Shown here in pieces: positions 26,017 through 39,611 of a stretch of 64,000 bases of DNA (the stretch's first letter is position 1; every line of letters starts with the position of its first letter). The stretch is from Octopus bimaculoides. Lineage: Eukaryota. The stretch covers positions 32,640,431 to 32,704,430 of the forward strand of contig NC_068999.1 in the NCBI RefSeq assembly GCF_001194135.2, in the 5' to 3' direction. Both the position numbers and the translations under genes were made by a program. The notes below the pieces were generated by a model. The model was given only the letters and a program-made list of their open reading frames with translations. It did no database searches and had not been told where the DNA came from.

Positions 26017-26046
<30 letters not shown>
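25390..26046. repeat. (CA)n/(TA)n microsatellites around an N-gap
   Basis: Directly visible. Confidence 0.95.
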
Positions 26047-26050
<4 letters not shown>

Positions 26051-28230
26051 AATATATGAGTATATCCATAAATATGTACATGTATGTACATACCTTCATC
26101 TACATGTACATATAGATACATATCTGGGTACATGATGTTGCAAAAGAACATGGACAAAATGGTAAGCAAGGTACAACAAACAAGCAGGCCACATAGAGAA
26201 CATATCCTTCATCAGCTGCCACCATTAAAACACCGGCGTTTCGAAGAGTTGTATATAAAATAATATACGTGTATGTATTTAAAGTAAGTCCCTAGGGTTG
26301 ATTCATTTGACTAAAATTCTTCAAGGCTGTGCCCCAGTATGGCTACAGCCTAATGACTGAAATAAGTAAAGGATAAAAAAATATATGTTGTTTTCTACGC
26401 GTGTATCTATGTACACAGTTTCTGTGTATGTATGTGCATAGGTGTATAGAGTATGTCTATATGTATATTTCATGTTTTTTATGTACTTTGTGTGTGTTTG
26501 TATGTTGTCTGGTTACGTGTTCCTATCTGGGTCTAAAGAGTATGTATACGTGTGTGTGTGTGTGTGTATTTTCATGTGTATGTAATTATAGGTGTTTGAA
26601 TTCTGCCTATTATGGGTGTTTCCTAATTTCTAGCAAAGTCAGATTTACCAAATTAAGATTCTTATATACATTTATTCGACATTTTCTGTGGTGTCTTGTT
26701 GAAGAAATCGTAATTTGTAATTAAGAAAGTCTTTTTAAGAGAGCTTTCAGTCTGTTTTAATGATCTGTTGCTTCTTACTTCCTGCAATATTGTCTACAGA
26801 CAGAGAGAAATAGGTCAACCGGATTAAAAGAAGTAATTCTAACATCAGAATAAGTAAGTTCTTTGATGACAAATTGATTTTAATTCCAGTGAGAAATAAC
26901 AACCACCACCACTTCATCAGCAGGAACAATAAACAATAAAAGAAACTCACAGACAGATTTTTTAAAATTATAAATGATTCTGATGAAGATATGTGAGACA
27001 CACCCTGCTTGGATTGAACCAGTTCTTGCTGTCTTTGCATCCGCACTCAACAGCATGACTGTATTTTTTCTTGTGTTCTTTGCATCTAAGTTAGAAAACA
27101 AAAGCATAAAATATGAAGTTGTTAAGGGAGTTGATGTTAATGTGGAAATTTTGAAATTATCATTGCTGTAATTCATTTCAAGAAATTTAGATAAAAACAT
27201 GAGAGAAAAAAANNNNNNNNNNAACAGGTGTGTTGAAAGGAAGATTGATAGATAAAGATGGGTAGAGAGATGGTTAGATTAGTTATCTAGATGAATTAAT
27301 TAGTAGAAAGAAATAGTTGATAGGTAGAGAGAGGTTGGATTTAAAGGAGAATGTTATTAAAAGGAAGAATGTACATGTGGGGGAGTGAAATGTGGAAAGG
27401 ATCTTTAGGAGAAATAATAACAAAAGAGGGAGACTATGTTGGTTTTTCCCTCCTCCTGTTGAAATTAGGGGTGGGGCTAACTAACTGCTGGTTTAACAAG
27501 GTAGAGTGGTGGGTGATGGGGGTGAGGTATAGCTAATGAGAATCTAATTGAAATCAATAGCAAGAGGAAATTCTTTCTGTCAGTGATACTGAATATTTCT
27601 TGTATTCTACCATTGACAGATTCCTTATCCTCCAAGATATACAATACAATTCCAAACTGCTGCCTACTTCCTTTTTATTTCAATTTACTTTCCATTTAAC
27701 TCGAATGTCAATATCATTGTCCTACTGAATGTTCTCATTATACACAATTATTGTGTGTGTTTAACACAATACAGTCTCTCTTTTACATATATATAGATGT
27801 GCGTGTGCGCGTGCACACACACACAGAGTAACTTAATTTTTAACTACAAAATGTTAACTGAGAAAGAATTCAATGCATATAGTTAAGTTACAGATTTATT
27901 TAATGTTAGATAGATAGTTAGATTTGTGTAGATAGGTGGTAGATTGGTAAGTATAGATGGGTAGGTAGGTAGGTAGATAGGTGGTAGATTGGTAAGTATA
28001 GATGGGTAGGTAGGTAGGTAGGTAGATAGATAGATAGATGTGTACATGCAGAAAGTGTAATGTTATGCGGGTGTGAAATGTGGGTATTGAATAGAAAGGA
28101 TGTGTGAAAGGTGGAAAAGAAATGAAGCAAGTATTTTCTGCTGGATGTGAGAACAACGGAGTATAAATGGAGAGAAAAACTGGGTAAAAGAGAAATCTAA
28201 TGTAGTATGGAATAGAGGAGGCTGCACTGG

Positions 28231-28639
28231 TATCTTTTATCTTTTACTTGTTTCAGTCATTAAATTGCAGCCATGCTGGGGCACCACCTTGAAGAATTCT
28301 TAGTTGAATGAATTGACCCCAGGACTTAGTTTTTAAAGCCTCGTACTTATTCTATTGGTTTCTTTTGCTGAACAGCTAAGTTAGAGAGACATAAACACAC
28401 TAACACTAGTTGTCAAATGGTGGTGTGGAGACAGACACATACACACACACACATTTAGACATACATATGTACACACAAATACACAATGAGCTTCTTTCAA
28501 GTTCCTTATACCAAATCCACTAATAAGGCTTTGATTGGGCTGAGGTTATAAAAGAAGACACTTGCCCAAGTTGTCACACAGTGGGACTGAATCTGGAACC
28601 ACGTGCTTGAGAAAGAAACTTCTTACCACACAACCATGT
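28231..28639 (-). mobile_element. SINE family A
   Basis: Full tail-to-head colinearity with the other copies. Confidence 0.85.
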
Positions 28640-28659
28640 ATGGTATGGGCATTTAGCAG

Positions 28660-28830
28660 ATATGGAGGAGAGTGAGATTTGAGCAAAAAAATACTAACTT
28701 ATCCAAGTGGATTGTACCTGAAGTAGAGGAAGACCCAGGAAGGGATGATACTAACAGATGTGTTAGAAGCTAATCAAAAAAAGACCAAATCTCTCAAAGG
28801 AGAAAATAGACAAGTTGAAGAAGATCTGTT
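28660..28830 (+). mobile_element. Degraded RTE LINE 3' ORF fragment
   Basis: ...AGAGGAAGACCCAGGAAG... encodes an RGRPRK-like motif; frameshifted. Confidence 0.45.
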
Positions 28831-29048
28831 TAACCCATGTGAGCCAAGGGAAAAATTGGGTATGAATTATAATGATGGTGGTGATGATAGTGAAACCACT
28901 ATAATGTCTATCATCCATCCAGCTATCTATCTCTGATTTGAGAAAAGTCTATGACAGTCAGTCTAACTCATTCTATAATGTAAGGCAGATGTAAATTGGT
29001 GGTAATGTTAGTACAATATTTACAGATATGCAATATTATATTGTTTGT

Positions 29049-29213
29049 TAAGGTGACAAACTGGCAGAATCATCAGCATGCTGGCCAAAATACTTAGTGG
29101 TATTTCATCCATCTTTATGTTCTGAGTTCAAATTCTGCCAAAGTTGACTTTGCCTTTAATCCTTTCAGGGTTGATAAAATAAGTACTGGCTGAACACTGT
29201 TGTTGATGTAATC
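29049..29213 (+). mobile_element. SINE family B
   Basis: Head and core match 13607-13780. Confidence 0.8.
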
Positions 29214-29832
29214 TACAACTATCGCTAACACCACTATGCTACTCCTCCCACTTAATCACTTCTTCCACAATCACAACCATTCCTGACTATCACATAAACC
29301 CTCTAAGTACATTTGCAATCTCCCTGATGTAAACAAAGAATAGCCCCACCCCTACCCCAGCAATCATTACAAAACACCCCCTCCTCTCTCTTGCCTGCCA
29401 CTACTTAAAGGAATTACCAATCAGAAAGAGAGACCAAAAGAGATCTCTAAATAATTTGATAAGCACCTGCTTGCCTTCATTACCATAATTTGTTACATTC
29501 ATTAACTTTCTTATTAGTTGCTTTATTTTTTTTTTCTACTGTTGTTGTTATTGATGTTGACATTGAATCCATTGTTGTTACTGTTGTATTTAATCCACTT
29601 CATCTTCATTTAGTCTGTGTTAAGCCAGTTGTGTGAGTGCCATAGATAAATGAGTACTTTGTGGGGAGAGTGGTCCTAGATTGGGCTCTGTCCACCCCTA
29701 CTCCTTTTTACTGTGGTTGTTGTCTCTAATCTCCTTGAGGAGGAAAGATATGGATGTTATAATTTCTCTGTTTACTTCATTCACTCTCCCCTACCATTCC
29801 TCCCTAAATTTATTGTATCAATGTTAATGTAC

Positions 29833-29978
29833 AGATGCAGGCAAGCTTGCTTCCCAACCACATGGCTCCAGGTTCAGACCCTCTGCGTAGCACCTTGGAG
29901 CAAGTGTCTTCTACTATAGCTTCAGATCGACCAAAGCCTTGTGAGTAGATTTCATGGACAGAAACTGAAAGAAGCCTG

Positions 29979-30027
<49 letters not shown>

Positions 30028-30245
30028 TGTCTTTGTGTTTGTGTTTGTCTCCCACCACTGCTTGGCAACTGGTGTTGGTATTTATGTCCCCGTAACTTAA
30101 CAGTTCAACAAAAGAGACCAATAGGATAAGTACCAGGCTTAACAAAAACATAAGTCCTGAGGTCAATTCATTCAACTAAAAATTCCTCAAGGCAGTGCCC
30201 CAGCATGGTCGTAGTCTAATGACTGAAATAAGTAATAGGCGAAAG
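29833..30245 (+). mobile_element. SINE family A with (GT)n interior
   Basis: GCTTCCCAACCACATGGCTCCAGGTTCAG head through the GACTGAAATAAGTAA tail. Confidence 0.85.
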
Positions 30246-30352
30246 ATATAGTATATATGTTATATTTTTGTTAACATTAGTCCTGCCAATATTCATGACT
30301 TGTTTAAATTGTAAGCACGTTGGACAAATATTTTACAGTATTTTCTCATATC

Positions 30353-31324
30353 TCTTTAAGTTTAGTTCAAATCTTGCCATTCTTCGTGGGTTAGTAAACA
30401 CTATCTATGTACTGGTTAGCTATCTCCTGGTCTTTTCATAGGCTATAATCCAAAGAAAAGACCAAGATGATAATGATGATGGTGGTGATGATGAAGAAAC
30501 AAGTAAAAATATAAAAGATACAGTAAAAGAGAATCTCTCTGTGACAAATGCTTTGTACAAATGTTAGAAATCATCATTATTATTATTATTACCATCATCA
30601 TCATCATTAAGGCAGTGAGCTGGCAGAATCGTTAGCACGCCAGGTAAAATTCTTAGTGGCACTTCATTCGTCTTTACATTCTGAGTTCAAATTCTGCTGA
30701 GATCAACTTTACCTTTCATCCTTTTAGAGACTATTTCAAAATTTCAATGGACATTAAGATTGGAAGTCATTTTATTGGCTAAAGTAAGGAATGGTAAAGA
30801 AAGAGAGAGGAAGCTCAATTCTAGCAGCACAGGATCAAGCAATCAGAACAAGGTAAATGGGGAAGAACATAGATAAGGAAGTCATCTTGCCTGGAGGAAG
30901 AATGTGTGGTGAAAGAGAAAACTCAGTTACAAATAGTCTCTAAAAGGATGAAAAGTTAAGTCGATCTCAGCAGAATTTGGACTCAGAATGTAAAGATGGA
31001 TGAAGTGCCACTAAGAATTTTACCTGACTTGCTAATGATTCTGCCAGCTCAATGCCTTAATGATGATGATGCTAATAATAAATATAATAATGATTTCTGA
31101 CAGTGGTACAAAGCATTTGTCACAGAGAGATTCTCTTTTACTGTATCTTTTATGTTTTTACTTGTTTCTTCATCACCATCATTGTCATCTTGGTCTTTTT
31201 TGGCGGGGATTATAGCCTATGAAAAGACCGGGAGATAGTTAAACAGTACATGGCTAGTATTTACTAACCCATGAAGAATGAAAGATGAAGTCAATTATGG
31301 CAAGATTTGAACTAAACTTAAAGA
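30353..31324. repeat. Large inverted duplication: arms 30353-30736 and 30931-31324, 194-bp spacer
   Basis: The arms share non-SINE sequence, the same truncated SINE-B copy with the same variants (GGTAAAATTCTTAGTGGCACTTC) and the same post-truncation junction AGAGACTATTT. Confidence 0.9.
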
Positions 31325-31440
31325 CAAAGCTATCCAAATCCTTTGAATCTTGCCATATAGCTGTAGATCATCCATGATTAGACAATGGTTAGCTCTCGCC
31401 TGGTTTGTTCATAGGCTATAATCCTAGGAAAAGACCAGGA

Positions 31441-31472
<32 letters not shown>

Positions 31473-33249
31473 GGAAATGAGGTGCTTGAGTGATTTAGTT
31501 GTTGGGCTACATACTCATAAATCAGGATTTCATATCCACTCTAACAATATCATTATATTTCTCAATATGAGACTTTATTATATTTTTCCCAGACATGCTG
31601 TATGTTCATCATGCTGTCTATTTTTCACGACAGTAGAGTGATTTGAAATTTCACTGCATTTTCTAGCTGCCTCCATAACCATGTAGAAGTTGTCACAATA
31701 ACATTTTACAGCCACAGTTACTATTGTGTTAGAGTTATTGTTGTGTTGCATTTATCCTCTGTGTCACATCTACATTTTAATATCCTTTCCACAGATACGA
31801 CTGCCGTTACAGCTAGCTATAACTCTACCAGTTTCAATTGTCATAGTTACTGCTGTCAGTTACACTTAGTGTTACATCACTGTGACAGTTGTATCTTAAC
31901 GTCACTTAAGACAATCTTCTTCCTTGATTTATATTTTTCTTTCAGTTCGTCAGATTATTTATCTTTTTCATCTCATCATTTCTGACACCTCACAAGATTC
32001 TTTGTTCTGGCTGCTCTCCAAATCCAGCTTTTAAATTACTTTATAAAACAATTTCCTCTTCCAATATACATTCTTCCCTTTTGTTGATGAAGTAAACCAT
32101 TTCTGTGGCTTTCATCGTATTATTAAAATCCTTTTTAAATATTGTTTGTTTCGCTACAGCTCTTGTCCCATTCCATCATCCTTGATCTTCGATATTTGGT
32201 GAAATGTTGCTAAGAAAATATGATAAATCCTTAAATTGATTATTTTTTTTAATGTTCTCTGGTTAAACTTTGAGAAAATCATTACAACTACCCATCTTTT
32301 ATTGACAACACCACTCAAAAACTTACACAATTTCACTTCCATAGCTGAATTGAGTGCTTATTGATAAAAACTCATGTTCAAAGCAGATATGATGATTAAC
32401 CAGCATTCTAAGTAAACATCAGCACCAATTTAGGAATAAAAGAAAACCGTTCTGTGTTTGTTTCTTTATTTATACATTTTTTTTTTTTTCACTTTTGAAA
32501 TTGTNNNNNNNNNNAAAATTTCTATAAAAAGAAACAATTTTGAAATTTTCTTTTTTTTATATGTATTTTTCCCCCACTATGTGTAAAATATAAAATGGAA
32601 AACAAATCAAAGATTATTCTAAGAAATGCCAATCCTTTTTAATTGTTTTCCTGATGAAGATTATTATTTTTTTTCTATGTGTTCAATTTAGGGTTAAGAA
32701 TTATTTGTTTTATATCTTTTAAATAAAAGAATTTATCGACCTTCTAATGTTTTTGCTATATTTCTGGAGATACCACATTCCTTGTCATCTTAAATATTTT
32801 ACATTCTACTTTTCTGAGATGTTCTACATTCCTACATTATTAGATATCCAAATACCTATATTCTTAAAATACTCTCAGTTGCATTCAAACACACATACAC
32901 ATGTCTGTATCTGTGTGTGTGTGTGTGTCACTTGTAACAAGCAGTATTAGATTAAAATAGCTTTTTATGTATCATACTTAATATAAATACATTGTTGAAA
33001 GGCAAATTTAGTGCCGTATTTGTCCAGAAATTACATGTCTTAAGGACATGCTATGTTTAAAAACACAGTATATATCAGAGGGAGACAAAAATGATCCTAG
33101 CATTGGCCAGTGAGAACACCAGAAGCAATTCTGTTTTGTGCTGAGATGAAATTTATCATCACCACCAATATACATCAGCAAACCTTATAGCTATCTGTTG
33201 CTTGTGCTGGTATGGACACATCCTTTGTCTCCCACTAGATCATCCTACC

Positions 33250-33430
33250 AGGGCTTTACTCTCATTCGACGCAGCAGCTGCAGGTTGGAAGAGGCTTAAG
33301 GCAGGTGCTGCACAAGATGGCTGGACATGATTGGGGAAGATCTCCAATGGCTCGACATCACCTTGGAGGATGCAAAGGGGCTGACACGGGACCTCCAGTG
33401 ATAGAGAGCACTGGTGGCCCTGCATGATGA
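33250..33430 (+). mobile_element. RTE-clade LINE 3' ORF fragment
   Basis: GWKR...WLDMIGEDLQWLDITLEDAKGLTRDLQ**RALV resembles WKRPRGRP...WLDxIxxDL...ARDRxxWRALV. Confidence 0.7.
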
Positions 33431-34420
33431 TGTCTCAGGACCACTTACGTAGGATGACTCCAGCCTCATCAAGCAAGAGCATGAAGCAAGCAGTGTTACT
33501 GGCTGTGAATACACACTTTTGACAATGGCTAAAATTCAGAAATGTAACAACACTACTAAAAGTGATGGTGTTGGTGATGATCATCACAATAATTATTCAT
33601 GATTTAAGTACAAGGTCAGTAAATTCTGAGGGATGGCAGTTGGTCCATTGACCCCTGTGCTTGACTAGTTACTATATCGTATTCACCTTCGAGAAGATGA
33701 AAAGCAAAGTTGACCTTGGTTGGGTTTGACCTCCGTACATAAAGGGCTGGAGCAAATATGCCAAGGCATTTTTTTTTTTTATGCTCTTAACTATTCTGCA
33801 ATTCCATTGCCAATACTATGAATGATTTCTTACATTAATAATCATAATGACAGCAGTGATGGCTCACAATCTCTCAGCCTTTCTCTTTCTTTCCCTCCTC
33901 CTCCTCTTTTGTTTTCTCTTTCTTTCTTGTCATGGCTCAATCTTCTCACACACACACACACACAGCTACATATAAATTTCCAATTGACTAAGAACACTCA
34001 TTATATATAGACGATGTTGTGTGGTGGTGTTGGTGGTGTGGGGATAGTCATATGATGCTGGTGTATAGTCGTGGCTGTGGTCATGATGTAATAGAAAGAA
34101 AGAGAGAGAGTATGTGATGTAATAATGGTGGTGGTGGTGGTAGTGTAGGAGGCTATCAGTGACAACAGATCATTAAATGTTGTGGTTATTGAGTTTTATT
34201 ATATCAATAAATCATACTTAACTGTCCATTCTACTCCTACACCCTCGACTTTTTACCGTTCTCTTCTCTCTCTTTCCCCTTCTTTCTCTCTCTCTCCCTT
34301 CTCATGCACACACACCCATACCTTGGTCTCTCATTCAAGTAACCCATTTCACAGTCTCCTCAGTCACCATCACACATTTACCTCTATCACTCTCTTTTAT
34401 AATGAGGTGTGTATGTATGG

Positions 34421-34471
<51 letters not shown>

Positions 34472-34476
34472 CATGC

Positions 34477-34510
<34 letters not shown>

Positions 34511-35931
34511 TGTTGAAATATTTGCTGTTACATCTAGATGGCAATGTCCCTATCACTAACTACTGAACCATGAGTGAGCTCACACACACGTGTGCGCACA
34601 TACTCACACACACACACACATACACACACACACACACACACAGATATTGAAACAGCTGTTTTTATAGCAGAGATGTTATCTCTCACCACTCAATTGTAAA
34701 GTAGGATTGAGGCTTTGTATTCCCTTAACTGGACAGAGCAGAGTTATGTACCTTGTTGAAGGGAGTTACTCCTACACTGGCTGTAATAAGATCTGAACTG
34801 ATGACCACAGCATCAAGAAGTTCAGTAAATTAACCTTACAGCTACTGTGCCTATCTTAAAATTTCTCTGCAGATAAAAATGACCATCTTGCTATTACCCT
34901 TTTCCTACCCTTTCATTAAATGAAGGGATGTTATGAAATGAGGTGATGAAGGATGAAGTTTGTTGCTGAGGAATACAACATTTGACATATCAGAAATGGC
35001 AGTTACATTTTGCATAAATTGCACTTGACCATCTTAAACATAGTCTTTGGTGTGTATATATATATATACATAAAAGAGATGTGACTATTTGGAACATCTT
35101 TGGCCATAGCGTTGTCCTGTGCCTAAACAACAATATTACCACTACCACTAACAACAACAGCAATACACTTCTGATGGTTTTGAATGGTCAGCGTATAAAT
35201 AAACAACTCACTACTTTGCCTATTTAGTCATTTTATTTTGCCGTACTCTCCTCATCAGTTTTCTTTTTATTCTTTTATTTGTTTTGGTCACTACTGAGGC
35301 CATGTTGTAGCACTTTAAAAGAGATAAAAGCAAAAAAGACCCATTTCTAAATTAGTTATTTAATTTATACTTAATTGGTTATTTCCACTCTTTTTTCTCT
35401 TTTCCACATTTCCATTAATGGAAACATGTAAGCGCTATTTCATTTATCAATCTTTCTTCTTTTTCAGTTCCCTTTACTTCCTCCCGCTTCAGATGTTATA
35501 GCTTTAGTTTAACTAATTTGACCATCGTTAGGCACTACATAATTCCAGACCTTTTTGTTACCTGTTCGTTAACGTACCTGTCTTACATGAAACTTCCCTT
35601 TAATTAATAGCGCCTCAATTGTTTTTTTCTCTCTCTTCTCTGTACTCCCCACCCTTGCTGGTAACATCTTCCAGCTCAACAACAATGTTCCAGCTAAATT
35701 AACAACAACCCTGTTAACTCCCTATTCATTATACACAAATGATATTGTATAGTTTTGTGCACCATATATGTCAGTAAGTGTATGTATGTATGTGTATCGG
35801 TGTGTATGTATGTATGTATGTTCCTCTGCATTTGTGATTGTGCTGTCATTACTATCATCATTAGTATCATCCAATATGCTTTTTGGTTTGTTTTTCTTTG
35901 ATGGCATTAATTGGAACAATTTTCAAAATCA

Positions 35932-35969
<38 letters not shown>

Positions 35970-36854
35970 GTCTGTCTCTCATTCTCTCAATGTCTGTTAG
36001 TTTTAATATAGCAAACAGATAGTCTTCACTGACCAAGCTCTGCTCTAGCTACCATTCACTACCATTACTGGTCCATACTGCCATCGCCTACTGCTACACT
36101 AGTTACCATCACATGTCCATAACACAATCACCTACCTCTCTTCACTTCCTTTCACTAACATCACATGACCATACCATTGAAATTTGTGGGTGGTGCAGTT
36201 GGTGGTACTGCTGCATTGTCTTGAAGTTGACGTGTGTGTGTATTAAGTGCATATCTGTATGTCTTATATATGTTTGTGTTTATATATTCTGAAACTATCA
36301 ATCAACTCTGTGATATTGCCACATCTAAAAACACTACAGACCTACTCAAATCTTTGATGCAATATGTTGCAGATATACATCTGCACATTTACCATATAAT
36401 TACATCTAATTAGTGTGCAGTAGATTATGTGCAACATGGCTACACTGTATTGTGATTGGCTCTGCTGCATGATGAAGGTAGCAGAGTAAAAAGACTCAAT
36501 GTGCAGATACACAGTTGCAACAAACGTTGCTGTTATATTCTCCATTCAACAATTCCATCCATCTTTGATTAATCTCATAGTTTTCTAATCACATTTTCTC
36601 AAGTCAAAAAATTCTATCAACTTTCATTATCTTTATTGTCTACATTGCTTTGTTGTTGCTGGTAGTGGTGCTGCTGTTGTTCTTTCTGTTTTTGTCTGTG
36701 TTGATTATTTTGGTGGTAATGGTGTTGTTGGTCATATTATTGCTGTTGGTGATGGTGGCAGTGGTGGTGTTGTTGGTGATGATGATTGTGTTATTGTTTA
36801 AGGTATTGTTGCTATTAGTAATGGTGTTATTAGTATTGTTAATTCCTGATCATC

Positions 36855-37165
36855 ATCATCATTTAGTGTCAGTTTTCCATGCTGGCATGGGTCAGGCATG
36901 GGTCAGATGGTTTGACTGGAACTGGTAAACCAGGGAGCTGCACCAGGTTCCAGTCTGTTTTTACTTGGTTCCTATGGCTGGATGCAGCCACTCCATAAAG
37001 TATACTGGGTGCCGTAAGCATGTCATCTGCATGGGTGCCTGTAATGTGTCACCAACACAGGTGCCTTTTACGTGTCACCAGCACAAGTGCCTCTAACGTG
37101 TCACCAGCATGGGTGCCTCTAACATGTCAGTGGCATGAGTGCCTTTTACGTGTCACTGGCATGTC
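36855..37165 (-). mobile_element. RTE LINE 3' tail with a 26-bp tandem array (about 5 units, 37030-37163)
   Basis: (ATC)n followed by TTTTCCATGCTGGCATGGG, and GGTGCC(T/C)TTTACGTGTCACCAGCA-type units. Confidence 0.8.
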
Positions 37166-37991
37166 ATATCTAAGTAGATCTATTACTGTTGTTGGCATTA
37201 TTACATGCAGTAGTGTGGCGGTGTTGGTGGTGTTATTAATTTCAGTGTTGGTGCCAGAGTTAGTGGTGCTGTTGTTGTTGTTGTTTTTGATGCTGTGCTA
37301 GACATCTGAATTCATTAAAAATGATATAAACCTGTCAGATGACCAATCTGTCAAACACATTTAAGCAGATCAAAGCACTCTGAGTTTCGGTCAGTGTCAC
37401 TTCTTGCATCTAACGAAATCAGATTATCTGAAGAATAAAAGAAAATCTCAAACTAAACAACAAAGATGATAATGTCCTCTTAAGACTCCCTCCCTCCCTC
37501 TCCTCCTCCTCCTCCTCCTCCTCCTCCTCCTCCTCTATAAAACTTCACCAGAGTATTTTAGTAATTTGAGACTCAGTGAAAATAAGATGAGGAAAATAGT
37601 CTTGCTGGAAAAATCTTGGATTCTTCTGTGTANNNNNNNNNNNNNNNNNNNNNNNNNNNNNNNNNNNNNNNNNNNNNNNNNNNNNNNNNNNNNNNNNNNN
37701 NNNNNNNNNNNNNNNNNNNNNNNNNNNNNNNNNNNNNNNNNNNNNNNNNNNNNNNNNTTGTTAAATTGTGTGTGTTTGGGGTGGAGGTGAGTCTGTGTTC
37801 TTTTTATCATATAGAATTGTGGTAAAAATGGTGAAACAACAAACATCTTTAGGAATAATCAAGGTCTTTGTTCTGCCAATGCTCCATTTCAGCTTTTTGT
37901 TCATTTCTTCTGAGACACATTCAAAGACATTTTTTGCTGTTTATGTCATTTCCTTACTGTTTATCAACACACACCACACACACATAGACAC

Positions 37992-38034
<43 letters not shown>

Positions 38035-38360
38035 GTGCTCACACACACACACACACACACACAATTTATTGTAAATATAGATTTTGATTTTTCTTCTCAT
38101 AATTTCCCTCTTTCCATGTTTTTGCATGTTCTTTCCCCCCACCTTCTCCACCCACTTCTCCAATGAAACGTCATTCTGATCTTCTCACCTCACTGATACA
38201 ACATGATTTCTACTGATGGATGCCTTTTCTCTGCTGGAAATCAATATAGTTCCATGTAATTTTACTATTTGGACAGTTATACTCACACACACTTAGATAT
38301 CTAAGCCAAACACTTTCTTCAAACCATGTCTCTCTCTTTCACATGTCTTAGTCTTTCTGT

Positions 38361-38404
<44 letters not shown>

Positions 38405-38422
38405 TCTTNNNNNNNNNNNNNN

Positions 38423-38472
<50 letters not shown>

Positions 38473-39539
38473 TGCACACACACACACTTCTCTTTCTTCT
38501 CCATCTCTGTACTCATACCATCTTCTCTGTTTGTCCTCTCTTTGTCTTCTATATCATCTGGTTATTTGGTCTGTTGATCACAACCTCATCAATATTGCCC
38601 ATGGAATCTAACTTCTATAGATATTCTTATGATATATTGTAAGTTCATGGTCAATATAAAGCTTTGGGCCATAGTGTGGCTGTAAGGCTCAGTTTACTGC
38701 ACTTATAATGTATTTGTAAGGCCCAGCTTTTTTGTTTTTTCTTATACCTTCCTATGACTCTTAGCTAGTTTGAGGTAAACATAATGTGTCTGTTGCAGAC
38801 AGAAATGAAAATCTGTTGATACAACTTTCATAGTTTCAGTTTTATTGCAGAGATGAAATATCGAACCTGTGAATATTTCCAGTTTTGGAAGGTTTTGAAT
38901 GTCCACTGTTTTATATTCAAATAAATGAAAGATGTATGTCCCCTAGATAGTCAGCAGGTGTATTCCAGCTAACATTCCCACTTGGTTTGGTACCTGTACA
39001 TGATACATCTAAGTGAATTGGTACATTATAGAGTAATACTGGGTTTTTTTACTGTCCACAGAAATGCAAAAAGCAAAGATAAAAACCAGTAAAACACTCC
39101 AAAACTCCTAATTTGTTATTCTGTTGACCATCTCGTTGTGCAGTCCTCAATTTATCTGTATCAGTAGGTTACATCCCTCTGGATGTCTGACCATACATAC
39201 TGATAAAATTGTTTTAAAATTACTGTCATCAAAATCTTTGGATTTTTTGTACCACATTCTTAGCAATATTGTCAGATAATTCCTGTTACCTCCACTTTTA
39301 CTGGCTTTTCATTTTTCTCCTCAGTTTCATTAAATGTTGCTGAAAAGAAGTGAATCAAGGTGTTGTGTCATTGTTTGAAAGAGTTGTGTCAGTGTTGATC
39401 CAAAGTGTTATTTCATTGTAAATCAAGACATTTTGTCACTGTGGATGGCTATGTTTCCTCATTACAAGATCTTGGCACAAGATCCAACACAGTAACAGTG
39501 AAGAACATGTCTAAAAAAGACTCTTGAAACTGATTTCAT

Positions 39540-39611
39540 ATCTATGTGCATAAGCACCTATCTTTATATATAAACATCTATGTGCATAAGCACCTATCTT
39601 TATATATAAAC
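39540..39611. repeat. Perfect 36-bp tandem duplication
   Basis: ATCTATGTGCATAAGCACCTATCTTTATATATAAAC twice. Confidence 0.95.

Noticed and set aside
36650-36928. Very hydrophobic ORF resembling a membrane protein
   Set aside because: Derived from (GTT/GGT/GTG)n low-complexity sequence running into an RTE tail.
37030-37163. Regular 26-bp repeats superficially like a CRISPR array
   Set aside because: No unique spacers, eukaryotic context, and part of the RTE 3' UTR tandem array.
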